Source of the DNA: a virus
Taxonomy: Duplodnaviria > Caudoviricetes
DNA: 64,000 nucleotides
Virus record (IMG/VR): IMGVR_UViG_3300031088_000782
Span: 160,001-224,000 of that record
Reading direction: 5' to 3' (one strand)
Positions 1-9,634 of this stretch are shown piece after piece (within the stretch, counting starts at the first letter, position 1; each line of letters opens with the position of its first letter). The position numbers and the translations under genes are program-made. The notes under the pieces are model-generated. The model searched no databases and was not told where the DNA came from. It saw nothing but the letters and a program-made list of their open reading frames with translations.

Positions 1-24
1 TAAAGAAAAAGTTAAACAATAAAT

Positions 25-53
25 TTGACAAGTTTGAAAAACTTTGATAAACT
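25..53 (+). promoter_or_regulatory. Sigma70/SigA-type promoter upstream of tRNA-Leu
   Basis: TTGACA (25-30), 17-bp spacer, TGn extended -10 TAAACT (48-53). Confidence 0.7.
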
Positions 54-77
54 TATTGAGTAACAAAAACAAAATAT

Positions 78-161
78 GGCTCTATGGTGGAATTGGTTTA
101 CACAGCGCACTTAAAATGCGTCGCCCCTTGCGGCTTACGGGTTCGAGTCCCGTTGGAGCTA
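78..161 (+). tRNA. tRNA-Leu(TAA)
   Basis: Acceptor GGCTCTA/TGGAGCT, anticodon arm GCGCA-CTTAAAA-TGCGT, long variable arm, T-arm ACGGG-TTCGAGT-CCCGT; no encoded CCA. Confidence 0.93.
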
Positions 162-305
162 CGATTTGACAAAACAATTTAACAATGATATGATAAAATT
201 GTTGAAAGTTAGTCAAATTAACAAAAATAAATAATTGGCACTCGCTTAACCGTCCCGATAGTAAGAGCAAAGGTTGTAAATATTGCCGCCAATTATTTAA
301 TATAT

Positions 306-378
306 GCCCCTGTAGCTCAGTGGATAGAGCAATCGGTTTCTACCCGATTGGCCGGGAGTTCGAATCTCTCCAGGGGTG
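306..378 (+). tRNA. tRNA-Arg(TCT)
   Basis: GCCCCTG/CAGGGGT acceptor, ATCGG-TTTCTAC-CCGAT anticodon arm, GGGAG-TTCGAAT-CTCTC T-arm. Confidence 0.93.
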
Positions 379-551
379 CTTAGATGTAAATGCCGATTAG
401 GTTAGTAACCTCCTGTGTGAGCACGACTTGGTAACGCCAAGATATTTACATCATTAAATTTTTGATAAGTTGAAAAACTTTGATAAAAAATTTGACAAAC
501 GATATAAAAATTTGGTAAAATAAGTTTGTTAAAGAAAAAATAAAAGAATAT

Positions 552-625
552 GGGGCTGTAGTCAAGTGGGTTAAGACATCTCACTCATAATGAGAGGATC
601 GGGGGTTCAAGTCCCTCCAGCCCTA
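552..625 (+). tRNA. tRNA with CAT anticodon, elongator type (Ile2 if lysidine-modified, otherwise Met)
   Basis: GGGGCTG/CAGCCCT acceptor (paired 1:72), TCTCA-CTCATAA-TGAGA anticodon arm; lies directly upstream of tilS. Confidence 0.9.
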
Positions 626-638
626 CCCATTAAATATT

Positions 639-682
639 AAGCGGCAATCAGAATAATAAACGTTCTGATTGCCGCTTTTTTT
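639..682 (+). terminator. Intrinsic terminator after tRNA-CAT
   Basis: AAGCGGCAATCAGAA / TTCTGATTGCCGCTT stem followed by a T tract. Confidence 0.8.
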
Positions 683-698
683 GCTTCCTTTTTTACAA

Positions 699-727
699 TT
701 GACAAATTTCTTCAAAAATGATAAAAT
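699..727 (+). promoter_or_regulatory. Promoter of tilS
   Basis: TTGACA, 17-bp spacer, TGa-TAAAAT. Confidence 0.7.
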
Positions 728-797
728 ATTAACAGATTAAGTAAGTATAAGAATAAATATAAGAAATTTTTGCAAAGGTTCGAAAAGGGGTTTTAAC

Positions 798-1766
798 GTG
801 AGAAAAGATCATTACACTATGGTTGCTCGTAATTCAGTTAAAAACGCGCTACAAGACATTTCTGCGTCCTCTCACGTAGGTTTTGGTTGTTCTGGCGGCG
901 CTGATAGTCTTGCTTTGATGTTTTCTCTTGCTACTCTTTACAAAAAGGACCGCGCTAAGCTGGTTCATGTGATTATTGTCGATCATCAACTTCAAGATAT
1001 TACTGCAGAAATTTCTCAAAAAACTGCTGATCTTGCAGAGTCTTTGGGATTCAATGCTCATATTATTCCTATTGAAATTGTTTCTACGAAAGAGGGCATG
1101 GAGAGCGATGCTCGTAAGGCTCGTTATGAAGCTTTTGAAAATGCTATTGGTGAATATAATCTTGAATCTTTTTTGATTGGTCATACTAAGACTGATCAGG
1201 CTGAGCAGGTTTTTCTTGGTATGCTTCGAGGTTCTGGGACAAAGAGCCTTTCTGGGATTCCTCAAAAGCGTGGAATTTTTGTTCGTCCTTTCTTAAATTC
1301 TCTTTCTCGTGAGGATACTCAAAAAGTTTGTGAAGAGAATAATTATGATTATTGGTGCGATCCTCATAATGACTCTACCGAATACCGTCGTGTTATTGTT
1401 CGCAAAATGATTAAAGATGTTCAAAAAGAAACTGGTCAAAGTATTGTAGATCCTCTTGTCAGAACTTCTCAAATGAATGCTGAAGATACAGAGGCTCTTG
1501 ATTTCTATGCTGATATGGCTTTTGATAATTTTGTCAAATCAAATTGGGACGTTAATGTTCTTGCTGATTCTCCTGCAGCTATTAGAAAACGAGCTTATCG
1601 TAAGATGATTATTGGGATTGGATCTGATAGTGATTCTGTTGATTTTGAATTGACTAATCGTGTGGATGATTTTGTTGTCAAGTGGAGGGGGCAAAAGGCT
1701 GTTTTCTTCTCTAATGGCGTTCGCGTTAAGAGGGACGATGGATGCTTAATTTTCTCTGTTGAATAA
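798..1766 (+). CDS. tilS: tRNA(Ile)-lysidine synthetase
   Basis: PP-loop SGGADS, DHQLQ, ARKARY, GHTKTDQAEQVFLGMLRGSG, DPHN; C-terminal WRGQKAV..GVRVKR resembles actinobacterial TilS. Confidence 0.93.
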   Translation: MRKDHYTMVARNSVKNALQDISASSHVGFGCSGGADSLALMFSLATLYKKDRAKLVHVIIVDHQLQDITAEISQKTADLAESLGFNAHIIPIEIVSTKEGMESDARKARYEAFENAIGEYNLESFLIGHTKTDQAEQVFLGMLRGSGTKSLSGIPQKRGIFVRPFLNSLSREDTQKVCEENNYDYWCDPHNDSTEYRRVIVRKMIKDVQKETGQSIVDPLVRTSQMNAEDTEALDFYADMAFDNFVKSNWDVNVLADSPAAIRKRAYRKMIIGIGSDSDSVDFELTNRVDDFVVKWRGQKAVFFSNGVRVKRDDGCLIFSVE

Positions 1767-1842
1767 TTGTTAAAATCATAATCCTCCGCGCTCAATTTGG
1801 TAAAATAATTGTAGTAAGTTATTAAATAAAAGAGCAGGAATT

Positions 1843-2704
1843 ATGGATATTGATTTTACAAAATATGGTTATATTTACCGAATGACTAATTTAGTAAATG
1901 GTAAAACCTATATTGGTCAACATAAAATCAAATCAAATGAAAAATTCCTCGATTATATGGGCAGTGGAAGAATCATTCGCCAAGCTATTCATAAATACGG
2001 TAAAGAAAATTTTTCAAAAGAAATTCTTGAATATGCTATAAACAAAGAAGAGTTAGACATCTTAGAGAAGAGTTATATTCATAAAGAAATTTTGAATAGT
2101 AAATCAGAATACAATATTGAATATAGTAGCTCTTCTTTACAATTTAAATTCAAAGAATTGTTAATAAACGATAATGATTTATTAAACTGGTATTTTGATA
2201 AAAATATGAGCTATAAAGACATTGCTTTAAAACTTGGTTGTTCTGAACCTTCTATTTATAGATATATGAACAAATTTCGTAAATCTGATGAAAGATTTAA
2301 AAATATTAAGCACGGAGATAACAGAGGAAAAAAGTGGATTTACTCCAGAAGAAAGAGAAAAAGCCATTAAGTCTGCTAAGGTAAAAGTTAAGTGCGAAAA
2401 TTGCGGACATCCAATTAGTAAATTTAATTATCCAAAGCATTATAATGTATGTATTGACGAAAACTTTACTTATGTTGATGGAATTAAGAAAAAGAAGTGT
2501 CCTGTAGATAACTGTGATACCTTAATCTACACTAAAAATAAAACTTGTAAAGAACATAGAACAGCAGGATCAAATTTGAATAATATAAAAACTCCTGAAA
2601 GTTTACGAAAAGCTGGACTTTCTTCAACGCATAAGAAATGGCACGTTAATAGAGATATAATTAATCCTAACTGTCCTTTATGCAATCCTGTTGACAAACC
2701 TTAA
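1843..2704 (+). pseudogene. GIY-YIG (Seg-like) endonuclease with C-terminal Cys/His domain, split by an apparent +1 frameshift (ORFs 1843-2370 and 2288-2704)
   Basis: GYIY..TNLVNGKTYIGQH..DYMGSG..FSKEIL; removing one A from the A6 run at 2328-2333 joins NRGK to SGFTPEEREK...HKKWHVNRDIINPNCPLC. Confidence 0.7.
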
Positions 2705-2963
2705 TCAACTTTTTCAACAATCTTTCAACAACCTTTCAGAAACACAGAAATAGCCCGTATAGGCGATAGCTTGCTTAATTCGCACAGACTTACACAAATA
2801 TGTAAAACCCGCTTAAACAACCGTTTTTCAATGTTTCAACAAACGATTCATTAATCTATTTCAATACCCTCGAACGATGACAAAATTAATGAATATTGTT
2901 GAATAACATTGGTAAACTGCTATAGCAAGAAACTTTATCCATTAAGTATAGGAGAGGTAACAA

Positions 2964-3173
2964 ATGAGCGAAAATGCTGAAAATCTTAAAAAAGATATGG
3001 AAGACAATAAAGAGTTATTGAATTTAAGCGATAAAGAGAAAAAAGTATATGATGCTGCTTTCATTGCTATAGCGAATAAGCCAGTTCATAATTCTCCACC
3101 AATCATTCAGATAGCGCTTATGATTATTATTGCTATTGCTTTAATTATTGGAGTTGTTCAAATTGCAGGTTGA
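2964..3173 (+). CDS. Small membrane protein
   Basis: SD GGAGAGG; hydrophobic C-terminal helix IIQIALMIIIAIALIIGVV. Confidence 0.7.
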   Translation: MSENAENLKKDMEDNKELLNLSDKEKKVYDAAFIAIANKPVHNSPPIIQIALMIIIAIALIIGVVQIAG

Positions 3174-3384
3174 TGAAATTAATGAAGATGATGATTTTTT
3201 AATTTCAAAAGGTTTTATTATAACTATGTTAGCATTTATGTTTATTTTTATTGCTGTTATGATCCTTGCAGGAGTTATGGCAGTTAATAAGATATCTCCT
3301 AATAATCTTCTTGCTCATTTAATGCTTGTTGAAGATTTAGATTCTTGTAAACCAATTCTTAATGGTTTTTTGTTAAAATGCTAA
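3148..3384 (+). CDS. Small membrane protein (start uncertain)
   Basis: One TM segment FIITMLAFMFIFIAVMILAGV. Confidence 0.5.
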   Translation: MELFKLQVDEINEDDDFLISKGFIITMLAFMFIFIAVMILAGVMAVNKISPNNLLAHLMLVEDLDSCKPILNGFLLKC

Positions 3385-3617
3385 AAATATTTTGAAATGG
3401 ATTTGACTTTTTGAAATTAATTGTGTTAAGATAATATTGTCAAAGAGAGATTGAGGACTTGTTAGAGAAACAACGAGATAAAGATTTGACAAATAGTTTC
3501 AAAATGTGTTAGAATATTTTTTGTAAGACAGAAAAATTTTGATAAGTTAATAATGAAGCAAAGTTGATATTGTTAAAGTTATTTGATACAATATTAAAGT
3601 GATAAAAATTCACGTAT

Positions 3618-3691
3618 CGCGGGGTGGAGTAGTTAGGTAACTCGTATGGCTCATAACCATAAGATCGTAGGTTCAAATCCTACCCCCGCCA
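3618..3691 (+). tRNA. Initiator-type tRNA-fMet(CAT) with atypical anticodon stem
   Basis: CGCGGGG 5' end with C1:C72 mismatch; anticodon arm TATGG-CTCATAA-CCATA; T-loop TTCAAAT. Confidence 0.88.
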
Positions 3692-3721
3692 CTAAATCTG
3701 ATTGAAAAATTGGATTTTATT

Positions 3722-3805
3722 GCCCTTGTGGTGGAATTGGTTTACACAGCGCACTTAAAATGCGTAACTCATAGCAGTTTGCGGGTTCGAGTCCCGCCAG
3801 GGGCA
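3722..3805 (+). tRNA. tRNA-Leu(TAA), second copy
   Basis: GCCCTTG/CAGGGGC acceptor; 37 nt (3729-3765) identical to 85-121 of the first copy. Confidence 0.93.
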
Positions 3806-3806
3806 C

Positions 3807-4382
3807 ATGATTAATTGGAATATGAGAACATATACAAAAGAAGATTTTATAAAAGCATGGAATTCTTCTGAATCAATAAGACAAGTATTGATTAAATTAG
3901 GGTTAAAGCCTATTGGTGGAAATTACCATACTGTAAAGAAAATGGCAAAAGAGCTAAATTTAAAAAATGATCATATGCTGGGGCAAGCTATAAATCGCGG
4001 AAAATCAATAGTTAATAGTAAATCTATTTATGATTACTTGACAAAAGACAGCCATATTTCTTCTTATCATTTAAAGAACAAACTCTTTAAAGCAGAAATT
4101 TTTAAAAAAGAATGTTCTATATGCTATAATAGTATGTGGATGGGCAAACCAATTCCACTTGAATTAGATCATAAGAACGGGGATCATTATGATAATCGTA
4201 TAGAAAATTTAAGAATTTTATGCGCTAATTGTCATGCTCAGACAAAAAATTATAGAGGTAAAAATAAAAAGATTCACAGGAATTTTAAAAACAATGCCAA
4301 CAAATGTTTAGTTTGCTCAAAAGAAATTTCAAGAAACGCCAAAAAATGCAGGAAATGCGAATCAAATTCAAGAAAAACATGA
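3807..4382 (+). CDS. HNH endonuclease
   Basis: CSIC..WMGKPIPLELDHKNGDHYDNRIENLRILCANCHAQT; C-terminal Cys cluster. Confidence 0.9.
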   Translation: MINWNMRTYTKEDFIKAWNSSESIRQVLIKLGLKPIGGNYHTVKKMAKELNLKNDHMLGQAINRGKSIVNSKSIYDYLTKDSHISSYHLKNKLFKAEIFKKECSICYNSMWMGKPIPLELDHKNGDHYDNRIENLRILCANCHAQTKNYRGKNKKIHRNFKNNANKCLVCSKEISRNAKKCRKCESNSRKT

Positions 4383-4504
4383 ATAATTAATTTTAATCAA
4401 TGGGATATGGTATTTTTGCTGTATCCTATTTTTTTACTTCATTTAGAAAAATATTAAATATTATGACTTGATTGACATTAACTATGGCAAAAGGATTTTT
4501 AACA

Positions 4505-5473
4505 ATGAGCAAATTTCATATTTCAAAAGATGGGATAGCAAGACAGTGCCGTGCGCAAACACCTGATGCTTGCCGCGCCACAAAATCAGACCAAAAAGAA
4601 CACTATGAAACAAGAGAAGAAGCAGAAAAAGCTTACGAGAAAAAGAATACAACAGTAAAAAGTTTAAGTAAGAAAAATAAGAATGATTTTGTTACTAAAA
4701 AAGTTTCTTTAAAAGAACAACTTGCGAAAAGTGAAGAAAAAGTTAGGGAAAGTTTTTCTGAACATCAGCATCACAATGATCAACAATTAGATAAAATAGC
4801 TAAACGAAATCAAACAACAACAGTAGATCTTATCAATAATTATAATGATTCTACTGATAATTATAATAAGTTTCTCAATAATAGATACGAAAATTATAAA
4901 AATGATAGTAAAATTCCATTAGAAAAATTGTCAAATGAAGTAAAAGCCGGAGAAGACTTTATTTATCATAGCAGGAAAATAGCCAGCACATCTGACGAAA
5001 GAATGGAATCATATCTAAAAAATATTAGATTATACAAAAATAGTTTGAATTTGGAAAACAAGGCTTTGAGAAAAGAAATTGAAAAAGTTGAGAAATCTGG
5101 AAGAATTCGTAGTGCTTTTGATAATGATTTCAAAACTGAAAAAGAGAATAAATTAAATGAGCTTAATAATAGATTAAAAGATAACAGAAGTTCTATTGTA
5201 AAAGCAATAAATTCAGAAGAGTCAGTTGCTGCAGGATTACAAGCAAAAAGGATTAAAATTTTAGAATCCAAAGGTTATAAGCCTGTTACTGCATATAGTG
5301 GAATGAATATGTCTTTTCATCCACAAGGTCCAGAGTTTAGATATACTTGCCCAAATTGTGGAATTGAACATACTAATAGATTGAGAAGACTTCAGTATGT
5401 TCAAGAAGTTGGATATACAGATGCTTGTAGATCATGCCGTAAAAGAATGATTTTACCTGTTACACCTGAATAA
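4505..5473 (+). CDS. Hypothetical protein with shared N-terminal KxH-C-C-H tag, coiled coil and C-terminal CxxC..CxxC
   Basis: Starts MSKFHISKDGIARQCRAQTPDACRA...HYETREEA; ends YTCPNCG...ACRSCR. Confidence 0.8.
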   Translation: MSKFHISKDGIARQCRAQTPDACRATKSDQKEHYETREEAEKAYEKKNTTVKSLSKKNKNDFVTKKVSLKEQLAKSEEKVRESFSEHQHHNDQQLDKIAKRNQTTTVDLINNYNDSTDNYNKFLNNRYENYKNDSKIPLEKLSNEVKAGEDFIYHSRKIASTSDERMESYLKNIRLYKNSLNLENKALRKEIEKVEKSGRIRSAFDNDFKTEKENKLNELNNRLKDNRSSIVKAINSEESVAAGLQAKRIKILESKGYKPVTAYSGMNMSFHPQGPEFRYTCPNCGIEHTNRLRRLQYVQEVGYTDACRSCRKRMILPVTPE

Positions 5474-5536
5474 TCTAATCTACTTTCACTATGGTGTTTA
5501 GCCCCATTTTACAATAATAATGATACTGACTCTCTA

Positions 5537-6097
5537 ATGGACAAGTATCAAAAAGAACATGGTAAATTAAAAGATCACGAAGATTTTGAAAAATATCGTG
5601 AATGGCGAGATGAATATGTTTATCAAGAATTAAAAAAGATCGAAGCATCTAAAGACAAAAATTATAATAATATAAGAAAAATGACAGCAGAGGGAGTAGA
5701 AGCACTTGATGACAAGCTAAGTGATTTAACATCTCGTGCTGTTGAATTTGAACAATCAGAATATGTTAATGAAGATGGCGAAAAAATTACTTATGATGTA
5801 ATTACTTTTAATGATTTGAGCGATATCAATTACAACATTTACAAAAAGAATGGACAATATTTTATTAAATCAGACTATCTTATGAAAAATAAAGATGGAT
5901 ATAAACCTATCACTAATGAGTTAGACACAGATAGACTATTCTCTAACAGCGAAGAATTTATGAACAATACTCATGGAGATGACTTCACTTACAACAAAAA
6001 TGAAGCTAATTCAAATAAATTATATATTAAAGATTTTGCAAACAAACATTTCTCTGAAGCTTCTGAAATATTAAAGAAAAGGTATAATATTGAGTAA
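5537..6097 (+). CDS. Hypothetical protein (in frame with the upstream ORF, no clear SD)
   Basis: 186-aa ORF; the 21 codons between the TAA at 5471-5473 and this ATG are open in the same frame. Confidence 0.6.
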   Translation: MDKYQKEHGKLKDHEDFEKYREWRDEYVYQELKKIEASKDKNYNNIRKMTAEGVEALDDKLSDLTSRAVEFEQSEYVNEDGEKITYDVITFNDLSDINYNIYKKNGQYFIKSDYLMKNKDGYKPITNELDTDRLFSNSEEFMNNTHGDDFTYNKNEANSNKLYIKDFANKHFSEASEILKKRYNIE

Positions 6098-6128
6098 ATA
6101 ACATTAATTAAAAAGAAAGAGAAGTCTT

Positions 6129-6248
6129 ATGCATAAAAACAATATTCCTACAGTAAAAGAAGTTTTAAAAGATTTTAATAATGTTGTGGAACGATGGAAG
6201 AATCATGAAATGAATGATTCTGACATGGTTGATTTTATATTCGTCTAG
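6129..6248 (+). CDS. Small ORF (39 aa)
   Basis: Read manually: MHKNNIPTVKEVLKDFNNVVERWKNHEMNDSDMVDFIFV. Confidence 0.35.
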   Translation: MHKNNIPTVKEVLKDFNNVVERWKNHEMNDSDMVDFIFV

Positions 6249-6259
6249 AGGGTCGAAAA

Positions 6260-6364
6260 TTGAACAAAGTTAATTCTGTTTGTTATTGTAATGAACCAGA
6301 TGTGTGTTGCGTTGCTCATAATAATCATAATTCAGAGATTCATAAAGGATGTATTTTAAGGTAA
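6260..6364 (+). CDS. Small Cys/His-rich ORF (34 aa)
   Basis: TTG start after AGAGGG; MNKVNSVCYCNEPDVCCVAHNNHNSEIHKGCILR. Confidence 0.45.
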   Translation: MNKVNSVCYCNEPDVCCVAHNNHNSEIHKGCILR

Positions 6365-6449
6365 TTTTGTTATTATTAATAAAATAAGTTATGGATATAT
6401 ATGTTAGAATTAAAATATTGGAAAAGTTCGACTAGTTTCAAAATAAGAA

Positions 6450-6497
6450 AGATAAGGTGACACAATTTTAAAGAATATTAGTTGTGTCACTTTATCT
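6450..6497. terminator. Inverted repeat / probable terminator
   Basis: AGATAAGGTGACACAA ... TTGTGTCACTTTATCT. Confidence 0.6.
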
Positions 6498-6572
6498 CTT
6501 TATCCTTGATCTTTTTGGAATAATTCATTAATTATATCAGTTAATAATTTTACTCTCAAAAGGACGGATAAA

Positions 6573-7163
6573 ATGGAACATCATAATAATAATTTTCAAC
6601 ATAATCATATTAACCACGAAGATCATTCTCATCATAGTGGTGGTCATGAAGGAATGGCTCTTTCAGCAACCCTCCATTGTTTAACGGGTTGCGCAATTGG
6701 CGAAATCTTAGGAATGATTATTGGGACTTCGCTTGGTCTTCATAATTTATCAACTGTTATTATTTCAATAGGATTAGCTTTTGTTTTTGGTTATGCTTTA
6801 TCAATGAAACCTTTATTGATAAATGGAATTAAATTAAACCAAGCTTTAAAACTTGTTCTGGTGGCTGACACTTTATCAATTCTCTCTATGGAAATTGCAG
6901 AAAATTTAATAATGCTTGTTATTCCTGGTGCAATGTCTGCAGGTGTTTCTAATCCTATGTTTTGGGTGTCTATGAGTATCGCTTTTCTTGTCGGTTTTGC
7001 AGTTGCTTATCCTGTTAATAAAGTTTTGCTTAAGAAAAATAAAGGACATGCTATTACTCATGAAGCCACTGGACATCATGAGATGAATAATGCTCCACTT
7101 ATCTTTGCTTTAGTATCATTTATGTTAGGTGGTTTAATTACATCACTTTTAGGAAATTTTTAA
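6573..7163 (+). CDS. DUF4396-like membrane protein with His-rich N-terminus
   Basis: ATLHCLTGCAIGEILG, ADTLSILSMEI, AYPVN motifs; several TM segments. Confidence 0.8.
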   Translation: MEHHNNNFQHNHINHEDHSHHSGGHEGMALSATLHCLTGCAIGEILGMIIGTSLGLHNLSTVIISIGLAFVFGYALSMKPLLINGIKLNQALKLVLVADTLSILSMEIAENLIMLVIPGAMSAGVSNPMFWVSMSIAFLVGFAVAYPVNKVLLKKNKGHAITHEATGHHEMNNAPLIFALVSFMLGGLITSLLGNF

Positions 7164-7217
7164 ATATTATTTAGAAAAATATAATATATTAATATTATTT
7201 AAATTAGGAAAAAGAAA

Positions 7218-8138
7218 ATGACTAAATATCACATAAATCCTGAAACAGAAAGAGTAAATATCTGTCGTGCTGAAAAGAAGTGCCAGTTTGCAGACGATCA
7301 AGGAAATGAACCACCACACTTTAACACTAAACAAGAAGCGCGCGCCTATAACGAAAATAATCTTAAAAAAGAATTAGGAACTTTCTCAACTATTTCAAAA
7401 ACAAAAAATAGTAAAAAGAAAATTAACACTTTGACAGAAAACGAAAATATTGAATTAACAAATAAAATGGTTAATGAATTTAATAAAATGTATAAATCTT
7501 TATCTAATACAGAACAAAGAGCAATTGATTATTACACTTTTTGTGGATCATCTTCAATGAATAGACTATTACATGGAACCCCAAGAGAAGATGAAGAAGC
7601 TTCAGTAGAATCCACTATGAAACATATTAAAAATCTTGATAATGTTATAAATAGACACTACGAGGAACACAAAGGAGAAAAGAAAACTTTGTATCGTTAT
7701 CTTTCATTAGACAAGAATACTGATGTTAATGAATTTATAAAAGAAAATTTTCAAGAAGGTAAAGAATATTCTGATACCGGGTTTATGAGCACTACTGAAG
7801 ATATTTCTTTTATTGCTGGATATGCTAAAAAGCACAGTAGAAACAGAAAGTTTGTTATTTTAGAGATGGAAACAGATAAAGGAATAAGTTGCCAAAAACA
7901 AGAAGAGCAAACTGGAACTATCCAAAGCTTTGAAAAAGAAAGATTATTACCACGAAATATGAAATTTAAAGTTGATGAAATTTTTGAATCAAATGTTAAA
8001 ATTGATAAATCAAGAGAAAAACTTCATAAACAATTTGGGGGAAATGGTTATATGTTAAGCGAACACATTAATTATATTCCATCTAAAAAATTCAATTTTA
8101 TCAAACTAATAGAACAAGAGGACAATAAAAGTGACTAA
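7218..8138 (+). CDS. ADP-ribosyltransferase (R-S-E class, VIP2/Alt-like) with shared N-terminal tag
   Basis: AIDYYT..MNRLL, TLYR, GFMSTT, FEKERLLPRN catalytic motifs; N-term MTKYHINPETERVNICRAEKKCQF..HFNT. Confidence 0.85.
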   Translation: MTKYHINPETERVNICRAEKKCQFADDQGNEPPHFNTKQEARAYNENNLKKELGTFSTISKTKNSKKKINTLTENENIELTNKMVNEFNKMYKSLSNTEQRAIDYYTFCGSSSMNRLLHGTPREDEEASVESTMKHIKNLDNVINRHYEEHKGEKKTLYRYLSLDKNTDVNEFIKENFQEGKEYSDTGFMSTTEDISFIAGYAKKHSRNRKFVILEMETDKGISCQKQEEQTGTIQSFEKERLLPRNMKFKVDEIFESNVKIDKSREKLHKQFGGNGYMLSEHINYIPSKKFNFIKLIEQEDNKSD

Positions 8139-9567
8139 ATATCATATAAGCGATTCAGGTAAAGTAGTCATTTGTCGTGCAACTAAAACTGTTTGCCCAA
8201 AAGAAAATTTTGACAGTATTGAAGATGCTGAAAATTTTAAAGAAACTCTATACAATAATACTATTCCAACTATGTCTAAACAGTCCAATAAGGGACTTAG
8301 GGAAGCTGAAAAGTATTATGGCGGTAAGTTCCTCACTTATCATAATATATCGCTTGAAAAAGGCGTAGAAAGCGTTTTAGATGATTTGAAAAAGATAGGG
8401 AACCCATTAATTGTTGGCGGGGCTGTAAGAGATTCGTTTGTAGGATCAGAAAATAAAGATATAGATATCGAAGTTCATAAAACAGATATAGACACACTTG
8501 TTAAAACATTGAAAAATGATGGATATATAGTTGATGAAGTAGGAAAACAATTCGGTGTTCTCAAAGTTTCTAAAAAAGGTGTTGTGAATGACTTAGACAT
8601 ATCTGTTCCTCGTAAAGAAAATCGTTTAGGAGCAGGTCATCGATCTTTTAATGTTGAAATGGATGAAAATATGACCGTTCAAGAATCTGCGGAAAGAAGA
8701 GATTTCACTTTCAATGCTGTCATGTATGATCATACAAGAAAAGTTATCATCGATCCTTCTGGTGGAAAGAATGACTTAAACAATAAAGTCATTCGTCATG
8801 TTTCTGAGAAATTTTCTGAAGATCCTTTAAGAGCTTTGAGAGGATTTCAGTTTGCAGGTAGATTTGATATGACTGTTGCTCCTGAAACAGCAACTTTATG
8901 TAAAAAATTGAGAAATGAATATGAACACTTGTCAATAGAAAGGGTGCAAGAAGAGTGGGGTAAATTCTTCACTAAAAGCGCACACCCAGCAAAAGGAATT
9001 CAAGCTTTAAAAGATATGGGATGGAATGACACTATACCCGGACTTCAAAAAGCATTAGACAATTCTTTTACAAAAGAATCTCTGAATAATCTCCCTACTG
9101 TCAGCAAGCAGAATAAAATAATTTTCGGATCTGCTGCTATCGCTCGAAATATGAATAATAACGAAAGAAAAAGTTTTATCTCTTCAACAGTCATTGGAAA
9201 TAAAGAGCAATTAAAAACTTATACTCTTAGCAGTTTTGACAATAATGAAGCCAGAACTTCTTATGAAAGAAAAAAAATTGCTAAAAAACTTGAGAAAACA
9301 GGCTTTACCTTTAGAGATTATCATAATTTCTCTCAAATGAATAATGACAGCGAAGGTGTTAAATTAAGTGAGAAAGCTGTTGCTGAAGGTTTAGCGGATG
9401 GCCCTGAAAAAGATTTGATTGCTGGTAAAGATATTTTTTCTTTGACTGATAAAAAACCTGGTCCTTGGATGGGTAAATTATTGAATGAAATAAGAGACAA
9501 ACAGTATCAGGGTGCTTTTTTAAATAAAAATGAAGCAATGATGTTTGCAAAAAGTAGAATACAGTGA
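8131..9567 (+). CDS. cca: CCA-adding tRNA nucleotidyltransferase (class II) with shared N-terminal tag
   Basis: VGGAVRD..DIDIEV, RRDFTFNA, EDPLRALRGFQFAGR, ERVQEEW; N-term MTKYHISDSGKVVICRATKTVCP. Confidence 0.88.
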   Translation: MTKYHISDSGKVVICRATKTVCPKENFDSIEDAENFKETLYNNTIPTMSKQSNKGLREAEKYYGGKFLTYHNISLEKGVESVLDDLKKIGNPLIVGGAVRDSFVGSENKDIDIEVHKTDIDTLVKTLKNDGYIVDEVGKQFGVLKVSKKGVVNDLDISVPRKENRLGAGHRSFNVEMDENMTVQESAERRDFTFNAVMYDHTRKVIIDPSGGKNDLNNKVIRHVSEKFSEDPLRALRGFQFAGRFDMTVAPETATLCKKLRNEYEHLSIERVQEEWGKFFTKSAHPAKGIQALKDMGWNDTIPGLQKALDNSFTKESLNNLPTVSKQNKIIFGSAAIARNMNNNERKSFISSTVIGNKEQLKTYTLSSFDNNEARTSYERKKIAKKLEKTGFTFRDYHNFSQMNNDSEGVKLSEKAVAEGLADGPEKDLIAGKDIFSLTDKKPGPWMGKLLNEIRDKQYQGAFLNKNEAMMFAKSRIQ

Positions 9568-9634
9568 TATAATAGTTTTAATCAACAATTGACGAATATA
9601 TTTAATAATATTTTTGAATAAATCGTCAATTTAT

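Noticed and set aside
2326-2334. A-AAA-AAG as a programmed -1 frameshift site
   Set aside because: The downstream ORF is in the +1 frame, not -1
2740-2900. AAAACCCGCTTA resembles the 3' conserved region of RNase P RNA
   Set aside because: No GAGGAAAGTCC-type 5' partner or P4 pairing found upstream
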